Of a stretch of DNA of 64,000 nucleotides, positions 20,830-30,500 are shown one piece after another; within the stretch, counting starts at the first letter, position 1; each line of letters begins with the position of its first letter. This DNA is from Candidatus Latescibacterota bacterium. GTDB lineage: Bacteria; Latescibacterota; UBA2968; UBA8231. Where the stretch lies: positions 3,232,001-3,296,000 of the forward strand of contig OZ244561.1 in the NCBI GenBank assembly GCA_965217585.1, in the 5' to 3' direction. The notes under the pieces are model-generated. The model had not been told where the DNA came from. It saw nothing but the letters and a program-made list of their open reading frames with translations, and did no database searches. A program made the position numbers and the translations under genes.

Positions 20830-21331
20830 CAGTTACGTATGATTGCCGCTATCGCCCACATGGGGGGCTACAACATTAATGACGACCGTGTTAAAGCTCT
20901 ATGTCTCGCCTGTCTCTGTGGCAATGCTGCCAATAAGATCGTCAAGGAAGCAGGCGTAGAGGCCGGTAAAAGACTGCTTGTAGCTGTTGCTATGAAATTT
21001 CCCGGCAAGGCCGTCGATAAAGTCTGTAGAGCCGTTGCCGCCAAACTACTTGTTGGAGCTGGCGTAAAAACGGGAACGCAACTAAGCAAGTTTATACCCA
21101 TATTCGGAGGACTCGTCAATGGTGCGGTAGATGCCGCCTTCACCAAAGTCGTCGGCGTCGCTGCCGCTAAAGTCTTCATAGGTGAAAACGATAGCAAAGT
21201 CGCTAAAAGATCAAAAGCCATAAGCATCTAAAAGTGGTTCGGATAAGGCCACGTCGGGCATACTTGACCTAAAGGGCGTCGGGCAGTAGCTTGACGCCCT
21301 TCCCATGCCACCATCTTAAAGGAGACAGACG

Positions 21332-21583
21332 ATGGCCGATCAAGAAAAACCCTATCACATAGCTAGCATGGTTATAAACTGTAGTTTTCGCTCTGCTAGC
21401 GAAGGCCCGAGAAGAGGGCACGTAGCACGCACCACAATTTTTCTATCACGGCAGACGGACGACGACCTTGAGATACCTTTAAATCTTCCAGCCGCTGCCG
21501 CTGCTGCTCTATTGCGCGAATTGTCGCTTGACGAAGACGCTCATTATTCCCAACACCTCTTGCAAGAACTGGGTCCCACATAG
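21332..21583 (+). CDS. Small hypothetical passenger protein
   Basis: RBS aaaggag before ATG; upstream hairpin. Confidence 0.45.
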   Translation: MADQEKPYHIASMVINCSFRSASEGPRRGHVARTTIFLSRQTDDDLEIPLNLPAAAAAALLRELSLDEDAHYSQHLLQELGPT

Positions 21584-21626
21584 TTTCATCAGATTCAGAC
21601 TGTTTTTCTCTTAACGCTACAGTCAT
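21396..21626 (-). CDS. Small hypothetical ORF antisense to 21332..21583
   Basis: RBS aaaggag 6 nt before ATG on the minus strand. Confidence 0.35.
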   Translation of the reverse strand: MTVALREKQSESDETMWDPVLARGVGNNERLRQATIRAIEQQRQRLEDLKVSQGRRPSAVIEKLWCVLRALFSGLR

Positions 21627-21671
21627 AACTATTCTCCTTTTTGAATAGTCGTGAGGTTTTCTTGCGATGTA

Positions 21672-21702
21672 CGTAACCCGTTGTATTTCAGCGGGTTACT
21701 TC
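21672..21702. repeat. 31-bp imperfect palindrome, copy 1
   Basis: cgtaacccgttgtatttcagcgggttacttc, identical to 22107-22137. Confidence 0.9.
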
Positions 21703-21772
21703 GATTATAGGCATAGCAGAAAAGGCCATAGAGAAAAAATGGATACTACCGGACTTACCCTAGGACGATAAC

Positions 21773-22006
21773 ATGGCTAATGTCTACGAAAACATAGGCA
21801 AACTCTTTTCGCAGATTATCGGCGTTGTAGAAGTTCTATTCGCGGATGATCCACAGTTCACAAAAAAGTTTGACGAAGATGTCAACGGCCGTCTTGAAGA
21901 ACTTTCCCCGGAACAACTTGATGCCCTAATGGCTCGCTTGGCGTCTGCAAGTGGACAGGAGAGATTTTCTGCGCTACGCAAGACGATAGAAGACCTTTTT
22001 GCCTAG
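21773..22006 (+). CDS. Small helical hypothetical passenger protein
   Basis: RBS agga; amphipathic composition. Confidence 0.5.
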   Translation: MANVYENIGKLFSQIIGVVEVLFADDPQFTKKFDEDVNGRLEELSPEQLDALMARLASASGQERFSALRKTIEDLFA

Positions 22007-22106
22007 CACGCTCTTTCTTAAAGGCTTCCCTAACTACGTTACATTGATTTTCCGTCGTCATAATTATTCCCCTTTTTTACAGGTTTATGGGTTTTTACCC
22101 ATTTTG

Positions 22107-22137
22107 CGTAACCCGTTGTATTTCAGCGGGTTACTTC
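22107..22137. repeat. 31-bp imperfect palindrome, copy 2, abutting the right IR
   Basis: Exact match to 21672-21702. Confidence 0.9.
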
Positions 22138-22165
22138 TTTTTGGTTACTCAGGTATATAATTCCC

Positions 22166-22288
22166 TTTGAAAAGCAGCTCTTGTGGGATGCCTATCTAAA
22201 GGCAAACAAGGTCAAAGCCGACGCCGCGAAATTGCTCGGTATCGAACGAACCACTTTCCGCTACAAATTTGAAAAATATGAACTGTAG
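22166..22288 (+). pseudogene. C-terminal Fis-type HTH remnant of an NtrC-family regulator
   Basis: FEKQLLWDAYLKANKVKADAAKLLGIERTTFRYKFEKYEL* begins exactly at the IS end. Confidence 0.75.
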
Positions 22289-22311
22289 TCTCTCGGCGAG
22301 CGTTCAGGACT

Positions 22312-23205
22312 ATGCTTTTTAGCTGGCGGCGTCTCCTGTTATTTTTCGCCATCTCAATCGGGGCGGTGCCAGCGGCGTTCACGCAGGAACCGACCCTACA
22401 GAACCTGAGAATACAAATCGAACAACTCGCCGAACAGGTCGAAGGCATCTCGGCGGAGAGCAACAAACTGCTGCGCGAAAACGAGCAGTTGACCGATAGG
22501 ATCCGCACGGCCAAACAAGACCTGCAACAAGGCCGCGGCCGACTGCTTGAGCGACAGCTACAGGACGACCTGCAGGCGTCCCGGGAATTATCGGACCGGA
22601 TCCAGGCGCTCGACGACCGGATCTATGCACTTACCGAGGAATCGGTCGGCAAGCAACGTACGCTCGTGGGCATGCTGAACGCCGAAATCGAGCGGCTTTC
22701 TGGGGAAGCCCGCGTCGCCAAAGACGCCAAGTCCAAGGCCCGGATCCTTTCCAAGGTGCTGAAATTTCAGGAGGAAGTAGAAACCTACCGGGAGCAAATG
22801 GCCAGAGAGTCCAGCGAGTTGCTGTTGTCGTTGGATGTCGCCCCGGCGCAAACCGACGGCCCCGATGAGATCCAGCAGAAATTAGCCGTGCTCCAAGACC
22901 AGCAGGATATTATACGGACCAAAATCGGAGAGCTTGACCGGCAGATCCGCGAAACCAGTAAAGCACTCGATTTGCGGCGCAACATGCTGGAGTTGCTCCG
23001 CGACATTCGCCGCGGGGAAGAAGACGAATTCGATCTCGACCGCAACCTCGATATCGCCGAATTGGAAGGCGAGATTGCGGATGCGGAATCGGCGCTGGAA
23101 ATTTGGCGAGCCAAACGGGAGAGCTGGTACGCCAAAGAAAAAATCCACGGTGAGAAAGCGGTACATCTCGCCCGGGAACTCAAGAATATGCTCCAAGGAA
23201 AGTGA
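22312..23205 (+). CDS. Secreted coiled-coil protein
   Basis: Signal peptide followed by heptad-rich sequence. Confidence 0.7.
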   Translation: MLFSWRRLLLFFAISIGAVPAAFTQEPTLQNLRIQIEQLAEQVEGISAESNKLLRENEQLTDRIRTAKQDLQQGRGRLLERQLQDDLQASRELSDRIQALDDRIYALTEESVGKQRTLVGMLNAEIERLSGEARVAKDAKSKARILSKVLKFQEEVETYREQMARESSELLLSLDVAPAQTDGPDEIQQKLAVLQDQQDIIRTKIGELDRQIRETSKALDLRRNMLELLRDIRRGEEDEFDLDRNLDIAELEGEIADAESALEIWRAKRESWYAKEKIHGEKAVHLARELKNMLQGK

Positions 23206-23217
23206 CGGTAGCCCCAC

Positions 23218-24345
23218 GTGTCATTGAGAATTGCAGCTATGATATGGTCGCTCGCACTGAGCGTCCCGTGCCTAGTTCACGCCGATCCATCGTTGCGGAT
23301 CAAGCCCTTTTTTGACCTCCGCTATCAGTACGAAGACAATGTCTTTCAGGTGCCGACAGAACGGGGCGAACAACGGGATTTTGCCGCGTATATATGGGCA
23401 GGGGTCGATGTCAGGGCCATACCTGATCCTCGTACGCGCATCGCCGTACGCTATGAGATGGCCCCGCGTCGCTTCGCCGACGTAACCCGGAAGAATCGCT
23501 ACGATCACCTGCTGTCAGGTCTTTGGCACCGCAGGCTTTCCCGCGATGCCACGCTCCTGACCGTCGCCAACCTCGGCCTGCGGCACCAACCCAATGACCG
23601 CATCCATGAATACTTCAAGCAAGATATCAGCGGTCAACTCCAGATCCGGTGGAACCCGTCGTGGTCGTCCCGGTTCGGGGCTGAATTGCGGAACAAGTAC
23701 TTTCCCAACAGCAAAGGCAGCACATATAGCAGTGTCATGGTCAAAGGCGGGCTCAGACGGCGGCTCAGCGCGATTGCATATGTTTCCGCCGGCTATCAGG
23801 CTCGCGCGTACCGAGGCGTTATCGACCCAAGAATCATCATATCCGACCTCAATGAGTACGTGGGCGGGATCCGCCAGACCGCCAGCTTTGGGTTTGAGGG
23901 CATGGCCTTGGAGCGGGTGTTGCTGAATTTGAAATATCAGTTCGAAATTGATCTAGCCACCCGCGAACTCCCGCGCCACGAACCCTTCTCTCGCGAGCCT
24001 GAACAAGGGGGTGAATTCGGCCATCACAACGGCGACGCGGATGATGTCGATTTCAACTTCGCCAACCACCGTATAGGGTCTTTGTTCATCTGGCGATTCG
24101 CGCCGCGTTCCAGCGCGAGCCTTGCTGCGCGTCGTCATTTCAAGTTATACCAAGATTGGATCGTGTCCGGGACCGGCACCAAACGGCGCGACAACCTCAC
24201 CCTGTTGCGCTTCGGCTTTAAGCAGGACCTCCGCGACAACCTTGCGGCGCGGCTGGAATACGCGTTTGCGACCAACGACTCGAACGACTCCACCCGGAGC
24301 TACGCCGACAACGCCTACTCGATGCAACTGCAATACTCCTTTTAG
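23218..24345 (+). CDS. Outer-membrane beta-barrel protein
   Basis: Signal peptide, YEDNVF, amphipathic strands, C-terminal LQYSF. Confidence 0.7.
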   Translation: MSLRIAAMIWSLALSVPCLVHADPSLRIKPFFDLRYQYEDNVFQVPTERGEQRDFAAYIWAGVDVRAIPDPRTRIAVRYEMAPRRFADVTRKNRYDHLLSGLWHRRLSRDATLLTVANLGLRHQPNDRIHEYFKQDISGQLQIRWNPSWSSRFGAELRNKYFPNSKGSTYSSVMVKGGLRRRLSAIAYVSAGYQARAYRGVIDPRIIISDLNEYVGGIRQTASFGFEGMALERVLLNLKYQFEIDLATRELPRHEPFSREPEQGGEFGHHNGDADDVDFNFANHRIGSLFIWRFAPRSSASLAARRHFKLYQDWIVSGTGTKRRDNLTLLRFGFKQDLRDNLAARLEYAFATNDSNDSTRSYADNAYSMQLQYSF

Positions 24346-24500
24346 TCAACTACCGCCCCTAAAGGAGGCGGCTTGTCCCTAACCTACCCTGCCGCAGCGG
24401 AGGAGGCCGAAACTATAGGCGCGTTGACAAGTGCCTTTGCCCGGATGTTCCGGGCGGCGTTGTAATCAGCGTGAGCTTGATAGCCACACTGCTTACAACG
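24345..24500 (-). ncRNA. Predicted omega/reRNA and right-end hairpin of the tnpB element; 5' boundary uncertain
   Basis: Minus strand ends aagccgcctcctttaggggcggtagttgac, a typical IS605-group right end; RNA inferred from family knowledge. Confidence 0.55.
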
Positions 24501-25502
24501 AAACTTGGATTGGGAGGAGCGATTAGCCCGCTCGATATGCCCACATTGGGAGCACATCTGACTGGTATGTTTGGGATCAACCAACATCAATTTTACGCCT
24601 GCTTGTTGGGCTTTATAGGCGATGAACTGTCTGAGTTGATCGAACCCCCATCCAGCGATCCGGGCACGTTGCGGCTTGCGAAACCGTATCCACGAGCGGA
24701 TACCCTTGAGGTCTTCAAGAGCGATACCGCTAGCGGTGTCTTTGGCCTTCGCAACGAGTCGCTTGGAGATACAGTGGTTGGTATTGCGCCGAAACCGCGC
24801 TTCGCGGTCTCCTATACGTTTGAGCTTCTTGCGGATGCGCTTACGGCGTCGGTGATTCTTGGCCAAGTCCGCCGCCGACTGAAGAGCTTGCTTGAGCGTT
24901 TGGTTTTTGACACGCACCCGCTCCACGCCTTGGCCCGAATGCTGTTGGCCATCCGAGTCCACAGCAAGGTTCTCGACACCCAAGTCCACGCCGAGAAAAT
25001 CATCAGGATCACACGGCGGTTCCGTGTCGAACTCGACCGTTGCCATCAAAAACCACTGGCCGTCTTTGCGACGCACCAGTTCGGCAAACAGCTTGACGTT
25101 GCCAAATTGCTCCGCTTGGTAGTCGCCCATCACCATCGGGATGTTATGGCGTTGCCCATCCGCTGTCTTGATGTTGAGCCTCTCCAAGCCCTTGTAACGG
25201 AACGCTCCTTTGCGGTAAGGAATCGCCGCCAACGGACGAAACAATACCCGTTTGCTCTTGTCGCGCTTGTAGTTAGCCGCTACCTGAGCAAACGTCAGGA
25301 TAGCAATATCGGCAGGAAGGTCAAACTTCTCGCGGACTTCGTAGTAGTACAACTTGTGCAACGCATAACTGTTGGCCAACTGGCGCTCAAATGCACGCTC
25401 AGCAACCCAATTACACGCAGCATTAAAGCGGCGCATCGTCTGTTCCAACGCACCGGCTTGTTCAGCCGTAGGAAGGAGTTTGACCTGAATTATTCGCTTC
25501 AT
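24384..25502 (-). CDS. tnpB: RNA-guided endonuclease TnpB (IS200/IS605 family, no tnpA)
   Basis: Start MKRIIQVKLLP; RuvC GVDLG, ALEDL, ADYNAA; CSQC...CKQC zinc finger. Confidence 0.93.
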   Translation of the reverse strand: MKRIIQVKLLPTAEQAGALEQTMRRFNAACNWVAERAFERQLANSYALHKLYYYEVREKFDLPADIAILTFAQVAANYKRDKSKRVLFRPLAAIPYRKGAFRYKGLERLNIKTADGQRHNIPMVMGDYQAEQFGNVKLFAELVRRKDGQWFLMATVEFDTEPPCDPDDFLGVDLGVENLAVDSDGQQHSGQGVERVRVKNQTLKQALQSAADLAKNHRRRKRIRKKLKRIGDREARFRRNTNHCISKRLVAKAKDTASGIALEDLKGIRSWIRFRKPQRARIAGWGFDQLRQFIAYKAQQAGVKLMLVDPKHTSQMCSQCGHIERANRSSQSKFRCKQCGYQAHADYNAARNIRAKALVNAPIVSASSAAAG

Positions 25503-25811
25503 AATAGAAGCTATGGCTATAAGGCAGGACCGTGTCAAGCTATATCGTCCTTCACTCAGGGAACCTGCGGCCCCGTCGCTCAGGTCGCTCCCTTTGTCTC
25601 GTCTAAAGGCAGGTGAAGCCCCTGTCGCCTCGCTTTCCGTCGTCCGCATGGGCGACGCAAGACGACAGTCCCCAAGAGAGAACTTCTATGGCCTAACCGC
25701 GCTGCCCAACCTTGCTGCTACCAACGCCCGGCGATATAATGTATCCCCCTTGCGGCAAATTGCCCCTACGTAGTGCAAAACACCCGATGTAGATTTGAGA
25801 AGGCTTTAGAC

Positions 25812-26972
25812 GTGCAAATACAATCCATCCGCGTAGTTGACCTCCGGCTTCCACACAATCCGCCCAAAACCGCGCCTCGCCGCCCCTCTTGGAATCAGAG
25901 CGCGCCGCGTTCGTTGCCGATCAATAAGTATCCAGAATTCTCGCGCCTACCCGGCCAGATGCCGGGCATGGGCGGCGGGCCGGTATGGGTGCAGATCACC
26001 GCCGAAGACGGCACTTGGGGTTTGGGCGGCTGCTCCTTTGGCGCGCCGGTCGCCGCTATCGTCGAGCAGGTCTTCGCACCCCTGCTGACGGGCCGCGATT
26101 GTCTGGCCACGGAATTCCTCAACGACCTGATGTGGCGCGCCGCTCAGCGCCTCGGTCATGCTGGTAGCGCAGCCGTTGCCCAAAGCGGGATCGATTTGGC
26201 GCTCTGGGACCTCAAAGGCAAGCTGCTGGGCCAGCCCGTGTACCGCCTACTTGGCGGCCCCTGCCGCGACCATCTCGAACTCTACGCCACTGGCGACGAC
26301 CTCGACTGGGGCCTCGAACTGGGGTTTAATGCCTTCAAGGTCACCAATCCGGTCCACTACCGAGAGGGTCAGGAAGGACTCAACCGCCTCGAAGACAAAA
26401 TCGCCCAAGCGCGCGAAACCATCGGCCCGGACTGCGAGCTGATGCTCAACGCGGTCATGTCCTACAACGTCGAATACGCCGTTCAAGTCGCCGAACGGCT
26501 CAAGCCCTATCAGATGCGCTGGATTGAGGAGCCGCTGATTCCCACAGATCTCGAAGGCCACATCGCGCTCAAGCGGGCCGCTCCGTACGTGCCCATCGCT
26601 ACCGGTGAGGACCACCACGGTCGTCAAGCCTTCCGCCAGCTAGTCGAACACCGTTGCGTCGATGTGCTGCAACCGGATCTCAAGTGGTGCGGCGGGCTTT
26701 CCGAGGCGGTCAAGATCTACTACATCGCCGAAGCCGCCGGCCTTGTCACCATCCCCCACGGCGGCGCCAACAGTGCCTACGGACAACACTTCGCCTTTGC
26801 CTTTCCCGAGTCGCCGATGGCCGAGTTCTGGCTCGGCTCGCCCCCAGGCATTCCCTTGGATGAAGTTCCCACCATACCGGGCACAGCCGTGCCCCAAGAT
26901 GGGTGCTTGGTCCCTTCGGACGCGCCGGGCTTTGGCATGGAAATAGAAGACGATTGGATAGTGCCGCGCTGA
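25812..26972 (+). CDS. Enolase-superfamily sugar-acid dehydratase (L-rhamnonate dehydratase-like)
   Basis: SGIDLALWDLKGK..GQPVY.LLGG, WIEEPL, IATGE, QPDL.WCGG, IPHG. Confidence 0.85.
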   Translation: MQIQSIRVVDLRLPHNPPKTAPRRPSWNQSAPRSLPINKYPEFSRLPGQMPGMGGGPVWVQITAEDGTWGLGGCSFGAPVAAIVEQVFAPLLTGRDCLATEFLNDLMWRAAQRLGHAGSAAVAQSGIDLALWDLKGKLLGQPVYRLLGGPCRDHLELYATGDDLDWGLELGFNAFKVTNPVHYREGQEGLNRLEDKIAQARETIGPDCELMLNAVMSYNVEYAVQVAERLKPYQMRWIEEPLIPTDLEGHIALKRAAPYVPIATGEDHHGRQAFRQLVEHRCVDVLQPDLKWCGGLSEAVKIYYIAEAAGLVTIPHGGANSAYGQHFAFAFPESPMAEFWLGSPPGIPLDEVPTIPGTAVPQDGCLVPSDAPGFGMEIEDDWIVPR

Positions 26973-26985
26973 AGCATGGCTGAAC
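26964..26985 (+). repeat. 22-bp direct repeat, left boundary of the BREX island
   Basis: ccgcgctgaagcatggctgaac, identical at 39710-39731. Confidence 0.92.
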
Positions 26986-27497
26986 CGATTCAGGAGTAGA
27001 TAAAGCGAGCTCTCGAGGTCGCAGACAGCTTGTATCACCGCTTGGTGTTGCTGGTGGGCGAGAGTGGTTCCGGCAAGACCGGTATCCTGCGCGAGGTCGC
27101 CGATGCGTTCGGTACGCAAGTTATCAATGTCAATCGAGCACTCTCATACGAGATGCTCGAACTAACGGCTCGGCAGCGATCGCTACGGCTACCGCGTATT
27201 CTCGATCAACTTGCTACCCAAGCTCAGCCGCCGGTGGTGTTTGATAATCTCGAAATCCTCTTTGACAAGGACCTCAAGTAAGATCCGTTGGGTCTGCTAA
27301 GAGACATTTCGCGGAACCGCGTCGTGGTGGCTTCCTGGAGTGGGTGCTCTGCTGGCGGGAGGCTTTTATACGCAGAGCGGGAGCACCCGGAGTACCGAGA
27401 ATATGACTCGGTCAATGCACTCATCGTGAGTATGGATGGGACGACGACGGTCAATGGGGTGCCTATCGACGGAACAGCTAGTCCCCCCCTATATTAA
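26976..27497 (+). pseudogene. brxF: BREX-3 P-loop protein BrxF with two in-frame stops
   Basis: MAEPIQE*IKR...YHRLVLLVGESGSGKT...DNLEILFDKDLK*DPL...HPEYR in one frame; TAG 26997-99, TAA 27279-81. Confidence 0.85.
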
Positions 27498-27568
27498 TGA
27501 ATATGCGGAGCGGTTCGTTAAGATGGTTTGCGAACCACCAGTAAAGAGACAGGACCAGCAGGACCAAC

Positions 27569-30500
27569 ATGAAATACGGCGATCTTATTCAATTCGACCC
27601 TATTGAGTCGGTTATTCAGTTGCGCGACGCGGACGAGTCCAGTGCCGCGCACCATCTTGTGAATACCTACGTCATTTCCGAGGAGATGGCCGAACAGCTT
27701 ACTCGGCTTGTCATCCCGCAGATGCAGTTCGACCAACCTGTCGATAACAAAGGTATTTTAGTCGTCGGTAACTACGGAACCGGTAAATCGCACCTGATGT
27801 CGGTGATTTCAAGTCTTGCCGCAGACGCCTCCCTATTGGAAGAATTGAATCACTCCGCCGTCCGCGACTCAGCCGCACAAATCGCTGGGCGCTTCAAGGT
27901 CATCCGCACAGAGATCGGGGCCACCACTATGTCCCTGCGCGACATCTTGGTCTCTGAATTGGAAGAATATCTCGAAAAGCTCGGAGTGGAATACATATTC
28001 CCCGATGTGGGTGAAATTGCTAGCCACAAGCGGGCCTTTGAAGACCTGATGGACAAGTTCGGAGAGGCTTTCCCCGAACACGGTCTGCTACTGGTAGTTG
28101 ACGAGTTACTAGACTATCTCCGTAGCCGTAGGGATCAAGAGCTGATCCTCGACCTCAACTTCCTCCGCGAAATGGGCGAAGTGTGCAAAGACCTGCGTTT
28201 CCGCTTTATGGCCGGGGTGCAGGAAGCCATTTTCGACAGCCCCCGCTTCGGCTTTGTCTCTAATAGTATCCGTCGGGTAAAAGACCGTTTCGAGCAAATC
28301 CAGATCGCCCGTAATGACGTCAAGTTCGTAGTGGCCGAGCGTCTGCTCAAAAAGACCGTCGAGCAAAAGGCCCATATCCGCGATTACCTGATGCCCTTCG
28401 CCAAGTTCTATGGCCGGCTCAACGAGCGGATGGATGAATTCGTCCATCTCTTTCCCGTACATCCCGATTACATTGACACCTTCGAGCGGGTCACGGTGGT
28501 CGAAAAGCGCGAGGTGCTCAAGACCCTATCCATACGCATGAAAGGCAAGATGGACGAAGTGGTACCGCAGGACCAACCCGGCCTAATTGCCTTCGATAGC
28601 TACTGGAACACGCTCAGTAAGAACGCGGCCTTCCGCGCCATTCCCGAAATCAGGGAGGTCATTGATTGCAGCCAAGTGCTGGAATCCCGCATCGAAAACG
28701 CCATCGCCCGCGAGCAGTACAAGCCGATGGCCCTGCGCTTGATCCATGCGCTCTCTGTCCATCGCCTGACTACTGGTGACATCTATACGCCCATAGGTGC
28801 ATCCGCCGAGGAACTGCGAGACCGCCTCTGCCTTTTTGACCCCCTGATTGAGGAATTGGGCAGCGATGAACCCGACAAAGACCTGCAAACCCACGTGGAA
28901 ACAGTTCTGCGCGAAATCGACAGAGCGGTCAGTGGACAATTCATTTCATTCAACAGGGACAATCGCCAATACTATCTGGACCTAAAAAAGACCGAAGACT
29001 TCGACGCCATCATTGACAAGCGAACAGAGAGCCTCGATAACACTCGGCTCGACCGCTTCTACTATGAGGCCCTCAAACGGGTCATGGAATGCCAAGACTC
29101 TACCTACGTAACTGGCTACAAAATCTGGCAACACGAACTTACTTGGCAGGAGCACAACGCTGCCCGCACCGGGTATCTGTTTTTCGGAGCACCCAACGAG
29201 CGCTCCACCGCCGTACCTCAGCGGGACTTCTACCTTTACTTTATCCAGCCAAATGACCCGCCCCGCTTCAGGGATGACAAAGCAAGCGACGAGGTCTTCT
29301 TTCGCCTGAAAGACACCGACGAGGAATTTGAGATCGCGCTGAAAAGCTACGCGGCGGCTTTGGACCTCGCGGGTACTTCCTCGGCCCACGCCAAAGCTAC
29401 TTATGAGGCCAAGGCTAACGGCTTTTTGCGCCAGCTAGTCCGGTGGCTACAAACGCAGATGACCAGTGCCTTTGAGGTCACCTACCAAGGCCGCACGAAG
29501 TCCATCTCCGAGTGGGCCAAGGGCAAATCCATTCGTGACCTGTCGGGCCTGTTGCCCCACGAAACCATCAACTTCCGCGATCTGATCAATACCATCGCGG
29601 GCGTCTGCTTAGCCCCGAATTTTGAAAATCAGGCTCCCGACTACCCATCCTTTTCGGTGCTGATTACCGGCAACAACCGCGCCCAAGCCGCCCAAGATGC
29701 TCTGCGGGCTATCGCCGGACAGAACCTTACCAAGCAGGCCACTGCCGTGCTGGATGCACTGGAACTGCTAGATGGTGAGAGGATGGACCCCTACAAATCA
29801 AAGTACACCCAGTTCATTATCGATGCTGTAAAGGCTAAGGGTCAGGGCCAAGTGGTAAATCGCAGCGAGATCATTCAAGACGACCAGGGGTTAGAATTCA
29901 TGGACCCCAGCGGCTTTCGTCTCGAACCCGAATGGGTAGCAGTCATCTTGGCTGCGTTGGTGTACTCCGGCGACATTGTGCTTGCTATTCCGGGGAAAAA
30001 ATTCGACGCTACCGAGCTACCGCAGCTTGCGGCCACCAGCATGGACGAATTGATCCGCTTCAAGCATTTGGAGCAACCCAAGGAATGGAACCTGCCCGCT
30101 ATCAGGGTGCTGTTTGAACTGCTCGGATTGCCGCCAGGCATGGCCCAGCTTGTTGCCCAAGGCAACGACGAACCGGTCCAGAATCTGCAGGACACTATAG
30201 GCAAGATGGTTAAGCGTGTCGTCATGGCCCAACAGGATATGCAAAAAGGGCTTTCCTTCTGGGGACAGGACTTGCTCGCCAGCACCGCCCTCGCCAGCCA
30301 GGCCGGTGCTTTGGACAAAGCCAAGACCTTCTTTGAATCGCTTCAGGCATACTCTTCCCCCGGCAGGTTGAAAAACTTCGGCTACAGTGTGCCGGAAATC
30401 ATGGCGCACGAAGAAGCTCTAACTGCTATGGATGAGTTGGACTCTTTGCGCGAGTTCGTCATAGACCATGCACCGACAGCCTCCTATCTGGCCACGGCTG

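Larger units (their letters stand above)
19223..21231 (+). pseudogene. EcsC-family protein interrupted by an IS
   Basis: Removing the IS restores ...AAVTFVQLRMIAAIAHMGGY...; LINWQIAK..GFLTGL, KFIPIFGGLVNG.VD. Confidence 0.8.
17486..22165 (+). mobile_element. IS1595-family element with passenger genes (4.68 kb)
   Basis: Perfect 27-bp terminal inverted repeats gggaattatatacctgagtaaccaaaa (17486-17512) / ttttggttactcaggtatataattccc (22139-22165). Confidence 0.9.

Noticed and set aside
24345-24383. gtcaactacc...ggcttg as the start of an IscB omega/HEARO RNA on the plus strand
   Set aside because: No iscB/HNH ORF follows; it is explained as the right end of the minus-strand tnpB element
24471-25616. 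381-aa plus-strand ORF opposite tnpB
   Set aside because: Antisense shadow of a clearly conserved gene; no recognisable motifs or RBS
26997-27281. Stop-codon recoding to explain in-frame stops in brxF and the porin
   Set aside because: Both TAG and TAA are involved, and both terminate many ordinary genes in the window
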